This document shows, piece after piece, positions 45,129 through 54,658 of a stretch of 64,000 bases of DNA. Within the stretch, counting starts at the first letter, position 1. Every line of letters begins with the position of its first letter. The notes beneath the pieces were generated by a model. It ran no database searches, was not told where the DNA came from, and saw only the letters and a program-made list of their open reading frames with translations. Both the position numbers and the translations under genes were made by a program. This stretch comes from Lachnospiraceae bacterium (lineage in GTDB: Bacteria > Bacillota > Clostridia > Lachnospirales > Lachnospiraceae), in contig JAZNXI010000177.1 in assembly GCA_045593825.1 (NCBI GenBank), positions 13,280-77,279 on the forward strand, read 5' to 3'.

Positions 45129-46037
45129 TTATAAATCTGCAAGCACAATTTCATTCAGTGCCTGTTTTACCTTTTCAAAATTTCCGTACTCAGAGCACTG
45201 CACCGCAACTACGTATCCCTGCTTTGGAAGCACAATGGTTACCTGTCCAAAGGCACCATCTGCACGGTACGCCCCTTCTTGCGGCATCATCCAGAACTGA
45301 TAGCCATAGCCACAGTTCCAGCTGTCACCACCGCTTGTTTCAATCTGTTTTCTGGTTGCTTCTTTTATCCAAAGAGAACTAAGCAGACGCTCGCCCTTCC
45401 AGACACCGTCCGCCAGATACAACTGACCTAACTTCATCATGTCTGTGATATTTAAAAACAGACCACTGCCACCGTTTACATTGCCCTGTGGGTCACATTC
45501 CCAAATCGGATATCCGATGTCAAGAGGCTTAAACAACTTTTCATACAAGTATACATCCAACCGCATTCCCACCGCCTTGGCAAGCATCAAACCCGCCAAA
45601 TGACTGTCGGCAGTTGAATAATCAAACTCTGTGCCCGGCTTCTTTAAAACCTCCCGGGACAACATATATTCCAAATAATCCGGCAGACCTTCTCCTTTTC
45701 TTCGTCCGTCAATCATCAGGTACGGCTTTCCGAAGCCGCTGGACATGGTAAGCAGATGCCGGAACCGGATTTCACGGAGCCACTTTTGATGCACCGCTGG
45801 AACTTTATCCTTAAAATACTTTACCAGAGGGTCCTCCAACGTCAGTGCTCCCTCCTCCAGGGCGATACCTGCCGCTGTGCTCATAAAGCTCTTGGTATGG
45901 GAATAAATATTGCGGCTCTGCAGTTTCACAAAATGATGCTCTAACAGTACCTCTTCCTTGTTTGCCAAAGCAACTGCTTCGATACCCGGATTTTCTGCTT
46001 TCATACGCTCGATAAATTGTTTTATTCTCTGTTCCAT
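45129..46037 (-). CDS. Serine hydrolase, class C beta-lactamase / PBP4*-like family
   Basis: The SxxK motif is SHTKSF within NIYSHTKSFMSTAAG. It is 302 aa and has no signal peptide. Confidence 0.75.
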   Translation of the reverse strand: MEQRIKQFIERMKAENPGIEAVALANKEEVLLEHHFVKLQSRNIYSHTKSFMSTAAGIALEEGALTLEDPLVKYFKDKVPAVHQKWLREIRFRHLLTMSSGFGKPYLMIDGRRKGEGLPDYLEYMLSREVLKKPGTEFDYSTADSHLAGLMLAKAVGMRLDVYLYEKLFKPLDIGYPIWECDPQGNVNGGSGLFLNITDMMKLGQLYLADGVWKGERLLSSLWIKEATRKQIETSGGDSWNCGYGYQFWMMPQEGAYRADGAFGQVTIVLPKQGYVVAVQCSEYGNFEKVKQALNEIVLADL

Positions 46038-46144
46038 ACGGCCCTCTCCTTTTTTCTTTCGCTATTCTTTCACAATCTTTCATGAAAAATTATTCTCTGC
46101 TATTATTTTACCACTGTGTACCCTGTTTTTCAATCATATCTCTA

Positions 46145-46185
46145 CATAAAATAGTCCGGACAGCACCACCATCCGGACTACATAA
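46145..46185 (-). terminator. Rho-independent terminator
   Basis: On the minus strand the stem TAGTCCGGA / TCCGGACTA is followed by TTTTAT. Confidence 0.7.
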
Positions 46186-46191
46186 AATTTT

Positions 46192-46911
46192 TTATTCATA
46201 TTTCTTTGCCAACACATAAATCGGAATAAATATACTTACCAAAAGCACCGCTGCGGTTACTCCGGATGAAGCACCATATACAACGGTCCAATCCACGCTT
46301 TGGCTGAACCAACATGCCGCAAACCATATCACCGGACCGGCAAGAAGCATAAGGATGGACCAGATGCGTATCCAGCCAAGAATATACTTCCAGTTGCTGT
46401 TGTTAAAATGCACACCCGGCATGTTCATGCGGAAAAACCCGTCACTGTACGCCGAGATTTTATTTTCATCATAGTAGGACGGTAGCTTTTCCTTTGCAAA
46501 AAAGCAGGCATAGGTTCCGAAAATCAGGCCAAACAACGGACACATTAACGGCATGGAAACAGCAAACGGATTCACACTCCGAACCCATGTAAAATAATAG
46601 TACACACCAATACACGCCGCCAGACAAACTACCACAGCCAAAGCAAAACACCCCTGGATTTTCTTTCGCGCTTTATCTACGGCTTCCCGCTCTTCCTCCG
46701 TCATCTGGATAACCGTAGTCATCATGGCCTCAGCCTTTTCCGGAGCAAGTGTTTCTGATGCTTCATACCTGCGGCATTCCAAAAGTTCTGTCACGGTTAC
46801 CCCAAGCAGTTTGGAAAGCGGCATTAAAAGCGCCACATCCGAATTCTTTTTTGTCAATCTCAAACATTCTCCTGTCCTCCACTTCAAGTCTTTGTTGCCC
46901 TCATTATACAA
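46192..46911 (-). CDS. Membrane protein with N-terminally truncated/degenerate XRE HTH remnant
   Basis: Only the distal part of the HTH_3 pattern survives: KWRTGEC...ALLMPLSKLLGVTVTELL. Four TM helices follow. The frame opens only 4 codons upstream of the TTG start. Confidence 0.5.
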   Translation of the reverse strand: MYNEGNKDLKWRTGECLRLTKKNSDVALLMPLSKLLGVTVTELLECRRYEASETLAPEKAEAMMTTVIQMTEEEREAVDKARKKIQGCFALAVVVCLAACIGVYYYFTWVRSVNPFAVSMPLMCPLFGLIFGTYACFFAKEKLPSYYDENKISAYSDGFFRMNMPGVHFNNSNWKYILGWIRIWSILMLLAGPVIWFAACWFSQSVDWTVVYGASSGVTAAVLLVSIFIPIYVLAKKYE

Positions 46912-46992
46912 ATCACCTGATAATCAGGCAACCTACTGTTGGTGGAGTCATTAGAAATCCGCATAAATAAAGGCTTGCCCCGCCATAATTAA

Positions 46993-47532
46993 TTATCGTC
47001 GTTCCATCCTCCGTACTATCTTCCGTATCGGCACAGCCACAGCAGCAGCCGCCAAAATTTTTATCAAATCAAATATCAGATATGGCACTACGCAAACCAA
47101 CAGTGCCTGAATCAAAGTATAAGTTCCTTTCATGATTATCAGAAACCATATCGTTCCAAAGCAGTAGCACACCAACGTTCCCAATGTCATGGTAAAAATA
47201 GTATGCATACCTTGTTCCACCAGTAAACCAATCACCAATGCACACAGTACATACCCTATGATATAGCCTCCCGTCGGCCCTGCCAGCACTCCGATTCCGC
47301 CGGAAAATCCGGAAAATACCGGAAGTCCAACCAGCCCTAGCAGCAAATAAATCAGAACGCAAATTGCTCCCCGCTTTGCCCCCAGAAGAACTGCTGCCAG
47401 ATATACACCAAACAAAGCCAGGCTAAGCGGCACCGGACTCATCGGAACAGGTATTGTAAAAGGAGAAATCACACAGAGCACCGCACTCATCAGGGCAATT
47501 TCTGCCATCTGTATTGTCTTTTGTGCCCTCAT
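46993..47532 (-). CDS. bioY: Biotin transporter BioY (ECF S-component)
   Basis: 179 aa with 6 TM helices. The signature is GAKRGAICVLIYLLLGLVGLPVFSGFSGGIGVLAGPTGGYIIGY. Confidence 0.88.
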   Translation of the reverse strand: MRAQKTIQMAEIALMSAVLCVISPFTIPVPMSPVPLSLALFGVYLAAVLLGAKRGAICVLIYLLLGLVGLPVFSGFSGGIGVLAGPTGGYIIGYVLCALVIGLLVEQGMHTIFTMTLGTLVCYCFGTIWFLIIMKGTYTLIQALLVCVVPYLIFDLIKILAAAAVAVPIRKIVRRMERR

Positions 47533-47534
47533 AC

Positions 47535-48758
47535 TTAAGCTTCCTGATAAACTTTAATCAACTGTAACAAGAACTCCACAAGGCGCTCCATATCCTGCAC
47601 CGGAACATACTCATACTTGCCGTGATAATTTTCGCCGCCGGTACAAAGATTCGGACAAGGAAGCCCCATAAAGGAAAGACGTGCGCCATCGGTGCCGCCG
47701 CGGATTGGAGTAATAATCGGAGCAATGCCAAGGTCTTCCATAGCCTTTGTGGCATTATCAATCAAGAACATATAAGGTTCCACTTTTTCCTTCATGTTGT
47801 AGTAGGAATCCTGCACTACACAGTCCACGGTTCCTGCACCATACTTTTCATTTAAGAACGCTGCTGTTTTTTCAAAGCGGGCCTTCTTTTCTTCAAACTT
47901 CTGCTTGTCGTGGTCGCGGATGATGTAGAAAAGTTCCGCTTCTTCCACACCGCCGGTCATGCGGTCCAAATGGAAAAAGCCTTCATAGCCTTCGGTGTAT
48001 GCCGGATTCTGTGCTACCGGCAGCATCTGCTGAAATTCCATACCAACAAGCAAGGCATTTACCATCTTGCCCTTGGCAGAACCCGGATGAATGCTCTGTC
48101 CGTGAATCTTTAAACGGCCGGAAGCCGCATTAAAATTCTCATATTCAATTTCGCCAAGAGCGCCGCCGTCTACGGTATAAGCAAACTCAGCACCAAAACC
48201 TTCTACGTTAAAATGGTCCACACCGGCACCCACCTCCTCATCCGGAGTGAATGCAATCTGAATGGTTCCATGCGGAATAGACTTGTCAGAAAGTAAAATT
48301 TCTGCCATGGTCATAATTTCCGCAATACCGGCCTTATCGTCTGCACCAAGAAGGGTTGTACCGTCGGTAACAATTAAATCTTTGCCGACATTGTGACTTA
48401 AAGACGGGAACATGTCCGCATCCATGGCAATATTCTCCGTTTCATTTAAAACAATTTTACCGCCATCGTAATTCTTTACAATACGCGGTTTTACATTGGC
48501 ACCACTCATGGCCGGAGAGGTATCCATATGTGCAAGAAAACCTAACACCGGCACCTTTTTATCGGAAGTAGCCGGAATGGTAGCATACACATAGCCAAAC
48601 TCATCCATACGTGGATTTTGGGCACCGATTGCCGTAAGTTCTTCCACTAACATCTTTGCTAAGACTTTCTGCTTTTCACTGCTTGGGAAGCAGACCGCAT
48701 CCTCCACAGACTCCGTATCTACCGCTACATAATTCAAAAAACGTTCTATCACTTTCAT
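47535..48758 (-). CDS. pepT: Peptidase T (tripeptide aminopeptidase, M20B)
   Basis: Contains [43 protein letters not shown] and NYHGKYEY. Confidence 0.92.
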   Translation of the reverse strand: MKVIERFLNYVAVDTESVEDAVCFPSSEKQKVLAKMLVEELTAIGAQNPRMDEFGYVYATIPATSDKKVPVLGFLAHMDTSPAMSGANVKPRIVKNYDGGKIVLNETENIAMDADMFPSLSHNVGKDLIVTDGTTLLGADDKAGIAEIMTMAEILLSDKSIPHGTIQIAFTPDEEVGAGVDHFNVEGFGAEFAYTVDGGALGEIEYENFNAASGRLKIHGQSIHPGSAKGKMVNALLVGMEFQQMLPVAQNPAYTEGYEGFFHLDRMTGGVEEAELFYIIRDHDKQKFEEKKARFEKTAAFLNEKYGAGTVDCVVQDSYYNMKEKVEPYMFLIDNATKAMEDLGIAPIITPIRGGTDGARLSFMGLPCPNLCTGGENYHGKYEYVPVQDMERLVEFLLQLIKVYQEA

Positions 48759-48831
48759 TATCTTTTCCTCCTAAATAATTCAATTAAATCAAACTGCTAT
48801 TACTATACCACATTTCTCCCCCGCTGTACAG

Positions 48832-48860
48832 TTGACATTGCAGTAAAAATGCGATATTAT
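48832..48860 (+). promoter_or_regulatory. Sigma-A promoter
   Basis: The plus strand reads TTGACA, a 17-nt spacer, then TATTAT. Confidence 0.6.
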
Positions 48861-48923
48861 TATATGGTGTATATCCATATATATACAGCATAATAAATCT
48901 CAAAAAGGAGTGATATTTAAAAA

Positions 48924-50204
48924 ATGGACCCCAGTGTCGCGGCACAGTTAATCGTGCTCATTGTATTACTTTTATTATCCGCATTCTTTTCGTCTGCGGA
49001 AACCTCTTTAACTACGGTGAATAAGCTCCGTATCCGAAGCCTTGTGGAGGAGGGCAATAAGCGTGCTAAAATGATTAGCAACCTTATTGAAAACCCATCC
49101 AAGATGATTAGCGCAATTTTGATTGGTAACAACATTGTTAACATTGCTGCTTCCTCACTTACCACAACTCTCATCATCAACTTAGGATTAGGAACCTATA
49201 CCGCTATCGGTACCGGAATTTTAACCCTGTTGGTTTTAATTTTTGGTGAGATTACCCCAAAGACTTTGGCTACCATTCATGCAGAGAAAATGGCATTTCT
49301 TTATGCACCTGTCATCAGCCTGCTGACCAGACTGCTTACACCGGTTATCTTTTTGCTTAACAAGTTGTCCGGCGTATTCCTGCTTCTGTTCCGCGTTGAC
49401 CCAAATGCAAAAACCAATGTCATGACAGAAAACGAATTACTCACCATCGTAGAAGTCAGCCATGAGGACGGCGTAATTGAAAGCGAAGAACGACTGATGA
49501 TTACCAACGTGGTGGACTTTGGTGATTCCCTGGCAAAAGATGTTATGGTGCCACGTATCGACATGGCCTTTGCCGATGTGGAGATGACCTACGATGAGCT
49601 GGTAGCTGCCTTTGAAAAGGATATGTACACCAGACTTCCGGTTTACAGCGAAACCCGTGACAATGTCATCGGTATTATCAACATGAAGGATGTCTTCTTT
49701 TTCCGCGGAAACAAAGAAGATTTCAATATAAAAGATTTTTTACGTACTCCATATTTTACATATGAGTACAAAAAGACCTCTGAGCTTCTCCGCGAGCTCA
49801 AAAAGGCAACCAACTCTCTTGCTATCGTGCTTGATGAGTACGGTGCCACCGCAGGTCTTCTTACCATTGAAGATTTAATTGAAGAAATTGTCGGCGAAAT
49901 CCGTGATGAATACGACACCGACGAAGAAGATGCCATCCAAAAGACAGCCGAAAACGAATACACCATCCTCGGCACCACAAAGTTGGATGAAATCAACGAA
50001 CTTTTAGAATTGGGCTTAGAGTCTGAAGACTACGACTCCATTGCCGGACATGTTATTCATCTCCTTGACCACCTTCCAACGGTGGGTGAAACCGTCACCG
50101 AAGGCGGATGCACCTATAAGGTACTGGCCATGGATAAAAACCGTATCGACAAAATCACTCTCGTCATCGACCCTGACTACACGGAGCCGGAAGACGAAGA
50201 ATAG
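48924..50204 (+). CDS. CNNM/TlyC-family hemolysin-like protein (DUF21-CBS-CorC_HlyC), second paralogue
   Basis: Has a DUF21 N-terminus (FFSSAETSLTTVNKLRIRSL), a CBS pair and a CorC C-domain. Confidence 0.88.
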   Translation: MDPSVAAQLIVLIVLLLLSAFFSSAETSLTTVNKLRIRSLVEEGNKRAKMISNLIENPSKMISAILIGNNIVNIAASSLTTTLIINLGLGTYTAIGTGILTLLVLIFGEITPKTLATIHAEKMAFLYAPVISLLTRLLTPVIFLLNKLSGVFLLLFRVDPNAKTNVMTENELLTIVEVSHEDGVIESEERLMITNVVDFGDSLAKDVMVPRIDMAFADVEMTYDELVAAFEKDMYTRLPVYSETRDNVIGIINMKDVFFFRGNKEDFNIKDFLRTPYFTYEYKKTSELLRELKKATNSLAIVLDEYGATAGLLTIEDLIEEIVGEIRDEYDTDEEDAIQKTAENEYTILGTTKLDEINELLELGLESEDYDSIAGHVIHLLDHLPTVGETVTEGGCTYKVLAMDKNRIDKITLVIDPDYTEPEDEE

Positions 50205-50213
50205 GAATTTACT

Positions 50214-52163
50214 ATGATACTTGCATGTAACAACATTACAAAAAGTTTTGGTGAAAAGGAAATCCTTTGCGGGGTTTCCTTTCACATTAATGACAACGAA
50301 AAAGCAGCCATTGTAGGCATCAACGGTGCCGGAAAGTCCACCTTGTTCAAAATCATTGTAGGGGAACTTTCCTCCGACACCGGAGAAGTAACCTTTTCTA
50401 AAGGTTCCACCTACGGCTATCTTTCCCAGCACCAGGATTTAACCTCCGAAAACACCATCTACGAGGAGCTTCTTTCCACCAAGGCAGACGTTCTCCGCCT
50501 GGAAGAAAGCATCCGTGCTCTGGAGCAGGAAATGAAGCACATGGAAGGAGAAGCCTTAGAGCAGGCACTCTCCACCTACTCCCGCTTAAACCATGAATTC
50601 GAAATCCAGAATGGGTACGCCTACCGCAGCGAAGTTGTGGGCATTTTAAAGGGTCTCGGTTTTGAGGAATCCGAATTTGAAAAATGCGTCAACACCCTCT
50701 CCGGGGGCCAGAAAACAAGAATTGCTTTAGGTAAACTTCTGCTTCGCAAGCCGGATTTAATATTGCTTGACGAGCCAACCAACCATCTGGACATGAACTC
50801 CATTGCCTGGCTGGAAACCTTTCTTGCCACTTATAAGGGCGCTGTAGTTGTTATTGCCCACGACCGTTATTTCTTAGATAAAGTAGTAACCAAGGTCATC
50901 GAACTGGACCACACCAAGGCCCAGACCTTCGACGGCAACTACTCTACCTATGCCAAGAAAAAAGCAAAGCAACGGGAAGACCAGATTAAAGCTTACATTA
51001 ACCAACAAAGAGAAATCAAACATCAGGAAGAAGTGATTGCAAAGCTTCGCTCCTTTAACCGTGAAAAATCCATCAAGCGTGCCGAAAGCCGCGAAAAGAT
51101 GCTAGATAAAATAGAGCGCATTGATAAACCACTGGAAGAATCCGACGGAATGAACATACGCTTAGAACCTTCCGTCACCAGCGGCAACGATGTTCTTTCC
51201 GTTACCGGTCTTGCCAAGTCCTTCGGACCGCAGACCTTGTTTACCGACCTTTCCTTCGAGATTAAACGTGGCGAAAAAGTGGCCATCATCGGCAACAACG
51301 GCACCGGAAAAACTACAATTTTAAAGATGATTAATGGCATCGTTACTCCTGACGCCGGCAACATCAAGCCGGGAGTTAAGGTACACATCGCTTACTACGA
51401 CCAGGAGCATCAGGTACTGCATATGGAAAAGACCTTATTTTCCGAGCTGCAGGACACCTATCCGTTTATGGATAACACCCAGATTCGTAACACCCTGGCT
51501 GCCTTCCTCTTCACCGGCGACGATGTATTCAAGCAGATTAAAGACATCAGCGGCGGCGAACGTGGCCGTGTTTCCCTGGCAAAGCTCATGCTGTCGGAAT
51601 CCAATTTCCTGATTCTCGACGAACCGACCAACCACTTAGATATTATGTCCAAGGAAATTTTAGAGAATGCCATCCAAAACTATACCGGAACCGTTCTCTA
51701 TGTTTCCCACGACCGATATTTTATCAACAAAACCGCTACAAAAATCCTTGATTTAACCAGTGGTAAATTGATTGCTTACGATGGCAATTATGACTACTAT
51801 CTGGAACACAAGGAAAACATGGAGCGAATACATCTACAGGGCATCGGATATGGTGTAGGAAAAACTCCTGCCGCAAAAAATGCCCCTGTTACTGCTCCTG
51901 CCGAACCGGAATCTGCCGGAAAAATGGATTGGAAGCAGCAAAAGGAAGAACAGGCCAAACAGCGTAAGCGCCAGAACGATTTAAAACGTATCGAAGCAGA
52001 AATCGAGCGTCTGGAAGCCCGTTCCGAGGAACTGGATGTACTTCTTGCCGACGAGGCAGTCTACACCAACCACACCAAGCTGTTAGAAGTCACCAAAGAA
52101 AAGGATGAAACCGCCGAACGCCTGCTGGAACTTATGGAGCAGTGGGAAGAACTGGCGGATTAA
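50214..52163 (+). CDS. ABC-F family ATPase with C-terminal coiled-coil (Uup/YdiF-like translation factor)
   Basis: Two cassettes (GINGAGKSTL / LSGGQKTRIAL / LLDEPTNHLD, and GNNGTGKTTIL / ISGGERGRVSL / ILDEPTNHLD). It has no TM and a Lys/Glu-rich C-terminal helix. Confidence 0.88.
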   Translation: MILACNNITKSFGEKEILCGVSFHINDNEKAAIVGINGAGKSTLFKIIVGELSSDTGEVTFSKGSTYGYLSQHQDLTSENTIYEELLSTKADVLRLEESIRALEQEMKHMEGEALEQALSTYSRLNHEFEIQNGYAYRSEVVGILKGLGFEESEFEKCVNTLSGGQKTRIALGKLLLRKPDLILLDEPTNHLDMNSIAWLETFLATYKGAVVVIAHDRYFLDKVVTKVIELDHTKAQTFDGNYSTYAKKKAKQREDQIKAYINQQREIKHQEEVIAKLRSFNREKSIKRAESREKMLDKIERIDKPLEESDGMNIRLEPSVTSGNDVLSVTGLAKSFGPQTLFTDLSFEIKRGEKVAIIGNNGTGKTTILKMINGIVTPDAGNIKPGVKVHIAYYDQEHQVLHMEKTLFSELQDTYPFMDNTQIRNTLAAFLFTGDDVFKQIKDISGGERGRVSLAKLMLSESNFLILDEPTNHLDIMSKEILENAIQNYTGTVLYVSHDRYFINKTATKILDLTSGKLIAYDGNYDYYLEHKENMERIHLQGIGYGVGKTPAAKNAPVTAPAEPESAGKMDWKQQKEEQAKQRKRQNDLKRIEAEIERLEARSEELDVLLADEAVYTNHTKLLEVTKEKDETAERLLELMEQWEELAD

Positions 52164-52189
52164 TAAAGGAGATTATAAGGAGAAACAAA

Positions 52190-53767
52190 ATGAAAAAAAT
52201 TGTAAACAAGAAAACCGCTGTGCTTCTTACCAGCCTGGTACTTGCACTGGCGGGCTGCGGTAAAGCAAGTGGCACACCGGAAGAAACACCTACCACAGCT
52301 CCAACCCAGGCACCGACTGCCACTACTGCACCAACTGCAGAACCAACTGCAGAACCGACCGTTGCACCAACAAACACCTCTACACCGGTGCCAACCGCAA
52401 CAGCTACCCCTGAGCCAACGGCAACACCTGAGCCAACAGCTACTACCGCTCCGGCTCCTACTGAATCGGCGACAGCAACAGAAATTACTGCTTCCAACGC
52501 CAAAATCGAATCCGTGACCATTCAGGATGCTCACACCATTTTTGTTACCTTGAACGGTTATTTAAAGAACGCAGACCCGAATGCGGTTTCTTTCAGTAAA
52601 TACAACTTCGACTGGACTTCCTACAAAGAAGCAAAGGGAACCTTGACCGTAGAAGACAGCTCCTTCACCACAAACGAAGAAGGCAAGACCGTACTTGTTT
52701 ACACCGTAGCAGATACACTCCGTACCTCCTCCGCTGTTATCGAAAAGAAGGCATCCAACTTCTCCAACTTAGCTTCTGCCGTCACTTTGGCAGATAACTA
52801 CATTACCTGGCAAATGGACCACGGCGGCTGGGACAAAAAGATTGACGGAAAAACCGCCTGGACCGAAGGTCAGAAGAAAAACAAGGGCTCTGGCTGGACC
52901 GGTAAAAACGGCGAGTTAATCGGTACCATCGATAATGAAGCTACCTACACCCAGATCCGCCACATTGCAGCGGTTTACCGCGAGGTACCGGATGCCAAGT
53001 ATCAGGAAAGTGTATTAAAAGGCTTTGATTTCCTCTTTAACTTACAGTACGAATCCGGCGGCTTTGCCCAGGTTTATCCAAAACGCGGCAACTATTCCGA
53101 CATGGTTACCTTCAACGACAATGCCATGGTTAACGTACTGTACCTTATCGAAGATGCCCTGTACGGACGCTATCCATTTGATTCCGATATTATTCCTGCA
53201 GATTATAAGGCAAAGCTGCAGGATTCCTTAGACAGAGCCATCGACTTTATTTTAAAGTCCCAGATTACTTCCCAAGGCAAGCTTACCGCATGGTGCGCAC
53301 AGCACGACCCGGTTACTTATGCACCGGCGTCTGCAAGAGCTTACGAGCTGGCTTCCATCAGCGGCTGCGAATCCGTTCCGGTAATCCAGTTCTTGATGAA
53401 CCAGGAACAGACTCCTGAAATCAAGACTGCTGTTGAAGCTGCCATTGCCTGGTTAAAGGAATCTGAATTAACCGACATCGAATATGTCCGTAAGGCTTCC
53501 GACGGCAATTACTTTAAAACAACCGCAGGTCACCGCAACTGGTACCGTTTCTATGAAATTGATACCAACCTGCCAATCTTCTGTGACCGTGACGGTATCA
53601 TGAAGCACGACATCATGGAAATCGGCGAAGAACGCCGCCATGGCTATGCCTGGGCAGGCGACTGGGCTAAGAAGCTTTTGCCGGCTTACGATAAATACGG
53701 TTATGTGACCGCAACTATCACGGCTACCTTTGCAGAAAATAACGCAACATTTACTATAGGACAGTAA
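52190..53767 (+). CDS. Lipoprotein: Thr/Pro-rich linker + beta-sandwich + PelA/Pel-15E (PL10) pectate lyase domain
   Basis: The signal peptide has the lipobox LALAGC. PL10-type motifs are WQMDHGGWDK, TIDNEATYTQIRHIA, ESGGFAQVYP and FNDNAM. ATG 52190 follows AAGGAGAAAC. Confidence 0.8.
   Translation: MKKIVNKKTAVLLTSLVLALAGCGKASGTPEETPTTAPTQAPTATTAPTAEPTAEPTVAPTNTSTPVPTATATPEPTATPEPTATTAPAPTESATATEITASNAKIESVTIQDAHTIFVTLNGYLKNADPNAVSFSKYNFDWTSYKEAKGTLTVEDSSFTTNEEGKTVLVYTVADTLRTSSAVIEKKASNFSNLASAVTLADNYITWQMDHGGWDKKIDGKTAWTEGQKKNKGSGWTGKNGELIGTIDNEATYTQIRHIAAVYREVPDAKYQESVLKGFDFLFNLQYESGGFAQVYPKRGNYSDMVTFNDNAMVNVLYLIEDALYGRYPFDSDIIPADYKAKLQDSLDRAIDFILKSQITSQGKLTAWCAQHDPVTYAPASARAYELASISGCESVPVIQFLMNQEQTPEIKTAVEAAIAWLKESELTDIEYVRKASDGNYFKTTAGHRNWYRFYEIDTNLPIFCDRDGIMKHDIMEIGEERRHGYAWAGDWAKKLLPAYDKYGYVTATITATFAENNATFTIGQ
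52271..52483 (+). repeat. Low-complexity Thr/Pro/Ala/Glu linker coding region
   Basis: Translates to TPEETPTTAPTQAPTATTAPTAEPTAEPTVAPTNTSTPVPTATATPEPTATPEPTATTAPAPTESATATE. It keeps several frames open and so generates spurious ORFs on both strands. Confidence 0.8.
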
Positions 53768-53814
53768 AAATAGAAGTACCCTTCCTGACCCGCTCATCGC
53801 ACCAATAAAAAATA

Positions 53815-53867
53815 AATACTCTGTCAAACCCGCTCATCGCTAACGGTTTGACAGAGTATTATTTTTT
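53815..53867. terminator. Bidirectional rho-independent terminator
   Basis: A 16-bp stem, aatactctgtcaaacc / ggtttgacagagtatt, followed by attttttt and preceded by an A-run. Confidence 0.8.
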
Positions 53868-53888
53868 ACAACACGAAAAGAATTCTTT

Positions 53889-54578
53889 CTATACGGTACA
53901 TACATTACAGACGGTAAGTTTGTCAGCATCCACCTTAAACCATATCTCCTGAGCTCCAAATTTCATTTTATAGACACGTTCCGGGTCGTTTTGATATTGT
54001 GGGCGGGGATCCTGGGAAAGGAGCTCTATGAGACCCTGGCGCTTTTCTACGGGCACTTCTGCCAGCAGTTCTTCCGGAAACTCTACAAGGAGCGTCCCTT
54101 CTTTCTGATTTAGGGCAAATCCGTCCTTTGCCTCCGGGTGGCTGTCCACATAGGCAAGGTACGGTTTTACATCAAAAATCGGGGTACCGTCAAGCAAGTC
54201 TGCTCCGGACACATACAGCACCGGACCCAATGTTTTATCCACCTCAAATTTCTTAAGCTCCACGGAGCTCATGCCCACGGAATTCGGCCTAAAAGGCGAA
54301 CGGGTAGCAAATACACCCACTCTGGTATTTCCCCCAAGCCGTGGCGGGCGTACCGTCGGAGACCATTCTGCGCCCCGGTCTGCCTCGGAAAAATGCCACA
54401 GCAGCCAAAGGTGGGAATACCCTTCGATTCCCCGGAAAGCATCCGGGTTCCGGTACTCCGGTTCGAATACAATTCTGGACACCAAAGATTCCACCAAACC
54501 ACTTTGGCGGGGAATGCCGAACTTTTCTTTATAATCATTTTCAATATGCGCAATCACGCGAAATTCAACAGTTTTCAT
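53889..54578 (-). CDS. trmO: tRNA (t6A37-N6)-methyltransferase TrmO (TsaA/YaeB family)
   Basis: Contains EKFGIPRQSGLV, YSHLWLLWHF, RVGVFATRSPFRPNSVGMS and LDGTPIFDVKPY. ATG 54578 (MKTVEF) is preferred. Confidence 0.88.
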   Translation of the reverse strand: MKTVEFRVIAHIENDYKEKFGIPRQSGLVESLVSRIVFEPEYRNPDAFRGIEGYSHLWLLWHFSEADRGAEWSPTVRPPRLGGNTRVGVFATRSPFRPNSVGMSSVELKKFEVDKTLGPVLYVSGADLLDGTPIFDVKPYLAYVDSHPEAKDGFALNQKEGTLLVEFPEELLAEVPVEKRQGLIELLSQDPRPQYQNDPERVYKMKFGAQEIWFKVDADKLTVCNVCTV

Positions 54579-54658
54579 AAAAAATCCCCTTTCGGAAGCT
54601 GCCTCTATTATAGCATGTTGCCACGCTGTCGGCAAACCCCAAAAGAGGATTTTGTATT

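Noticed and set aside
48924-50204. Two CNNM/TlyC paralogues (25121-26470 and 48924-50204) and two ABC-F genes, considered as possible evidence of a duplication event.
   Set aside because: The paralogues are highly diverged and sit in different contexts, which is the normal multi-copy situation for these families in Firmicutes.
52132-52534. Three overlapping ORFs (52132-52521 minus, 52160-52534 minus, 52242-52517 plus) across the start of the pectate lyase gene.
   Set aside because: They are artefacts of the ACN/CCN-rich Thr/Pro linker, which keeps several frames open. Their products are low-complexity Gly/Val/Ala or Gln/Leu/Pro strings.
53788-53840. The 13-nt direct repeat ACCCGCTCATCGC occurs twice, 40 nt apart, downstream of the pectate lyase gene.
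   Set aside because: The second copy forms the loop of the bidirectional terminator. It is too short and isolated to call an att site, CRISPR or REP element.
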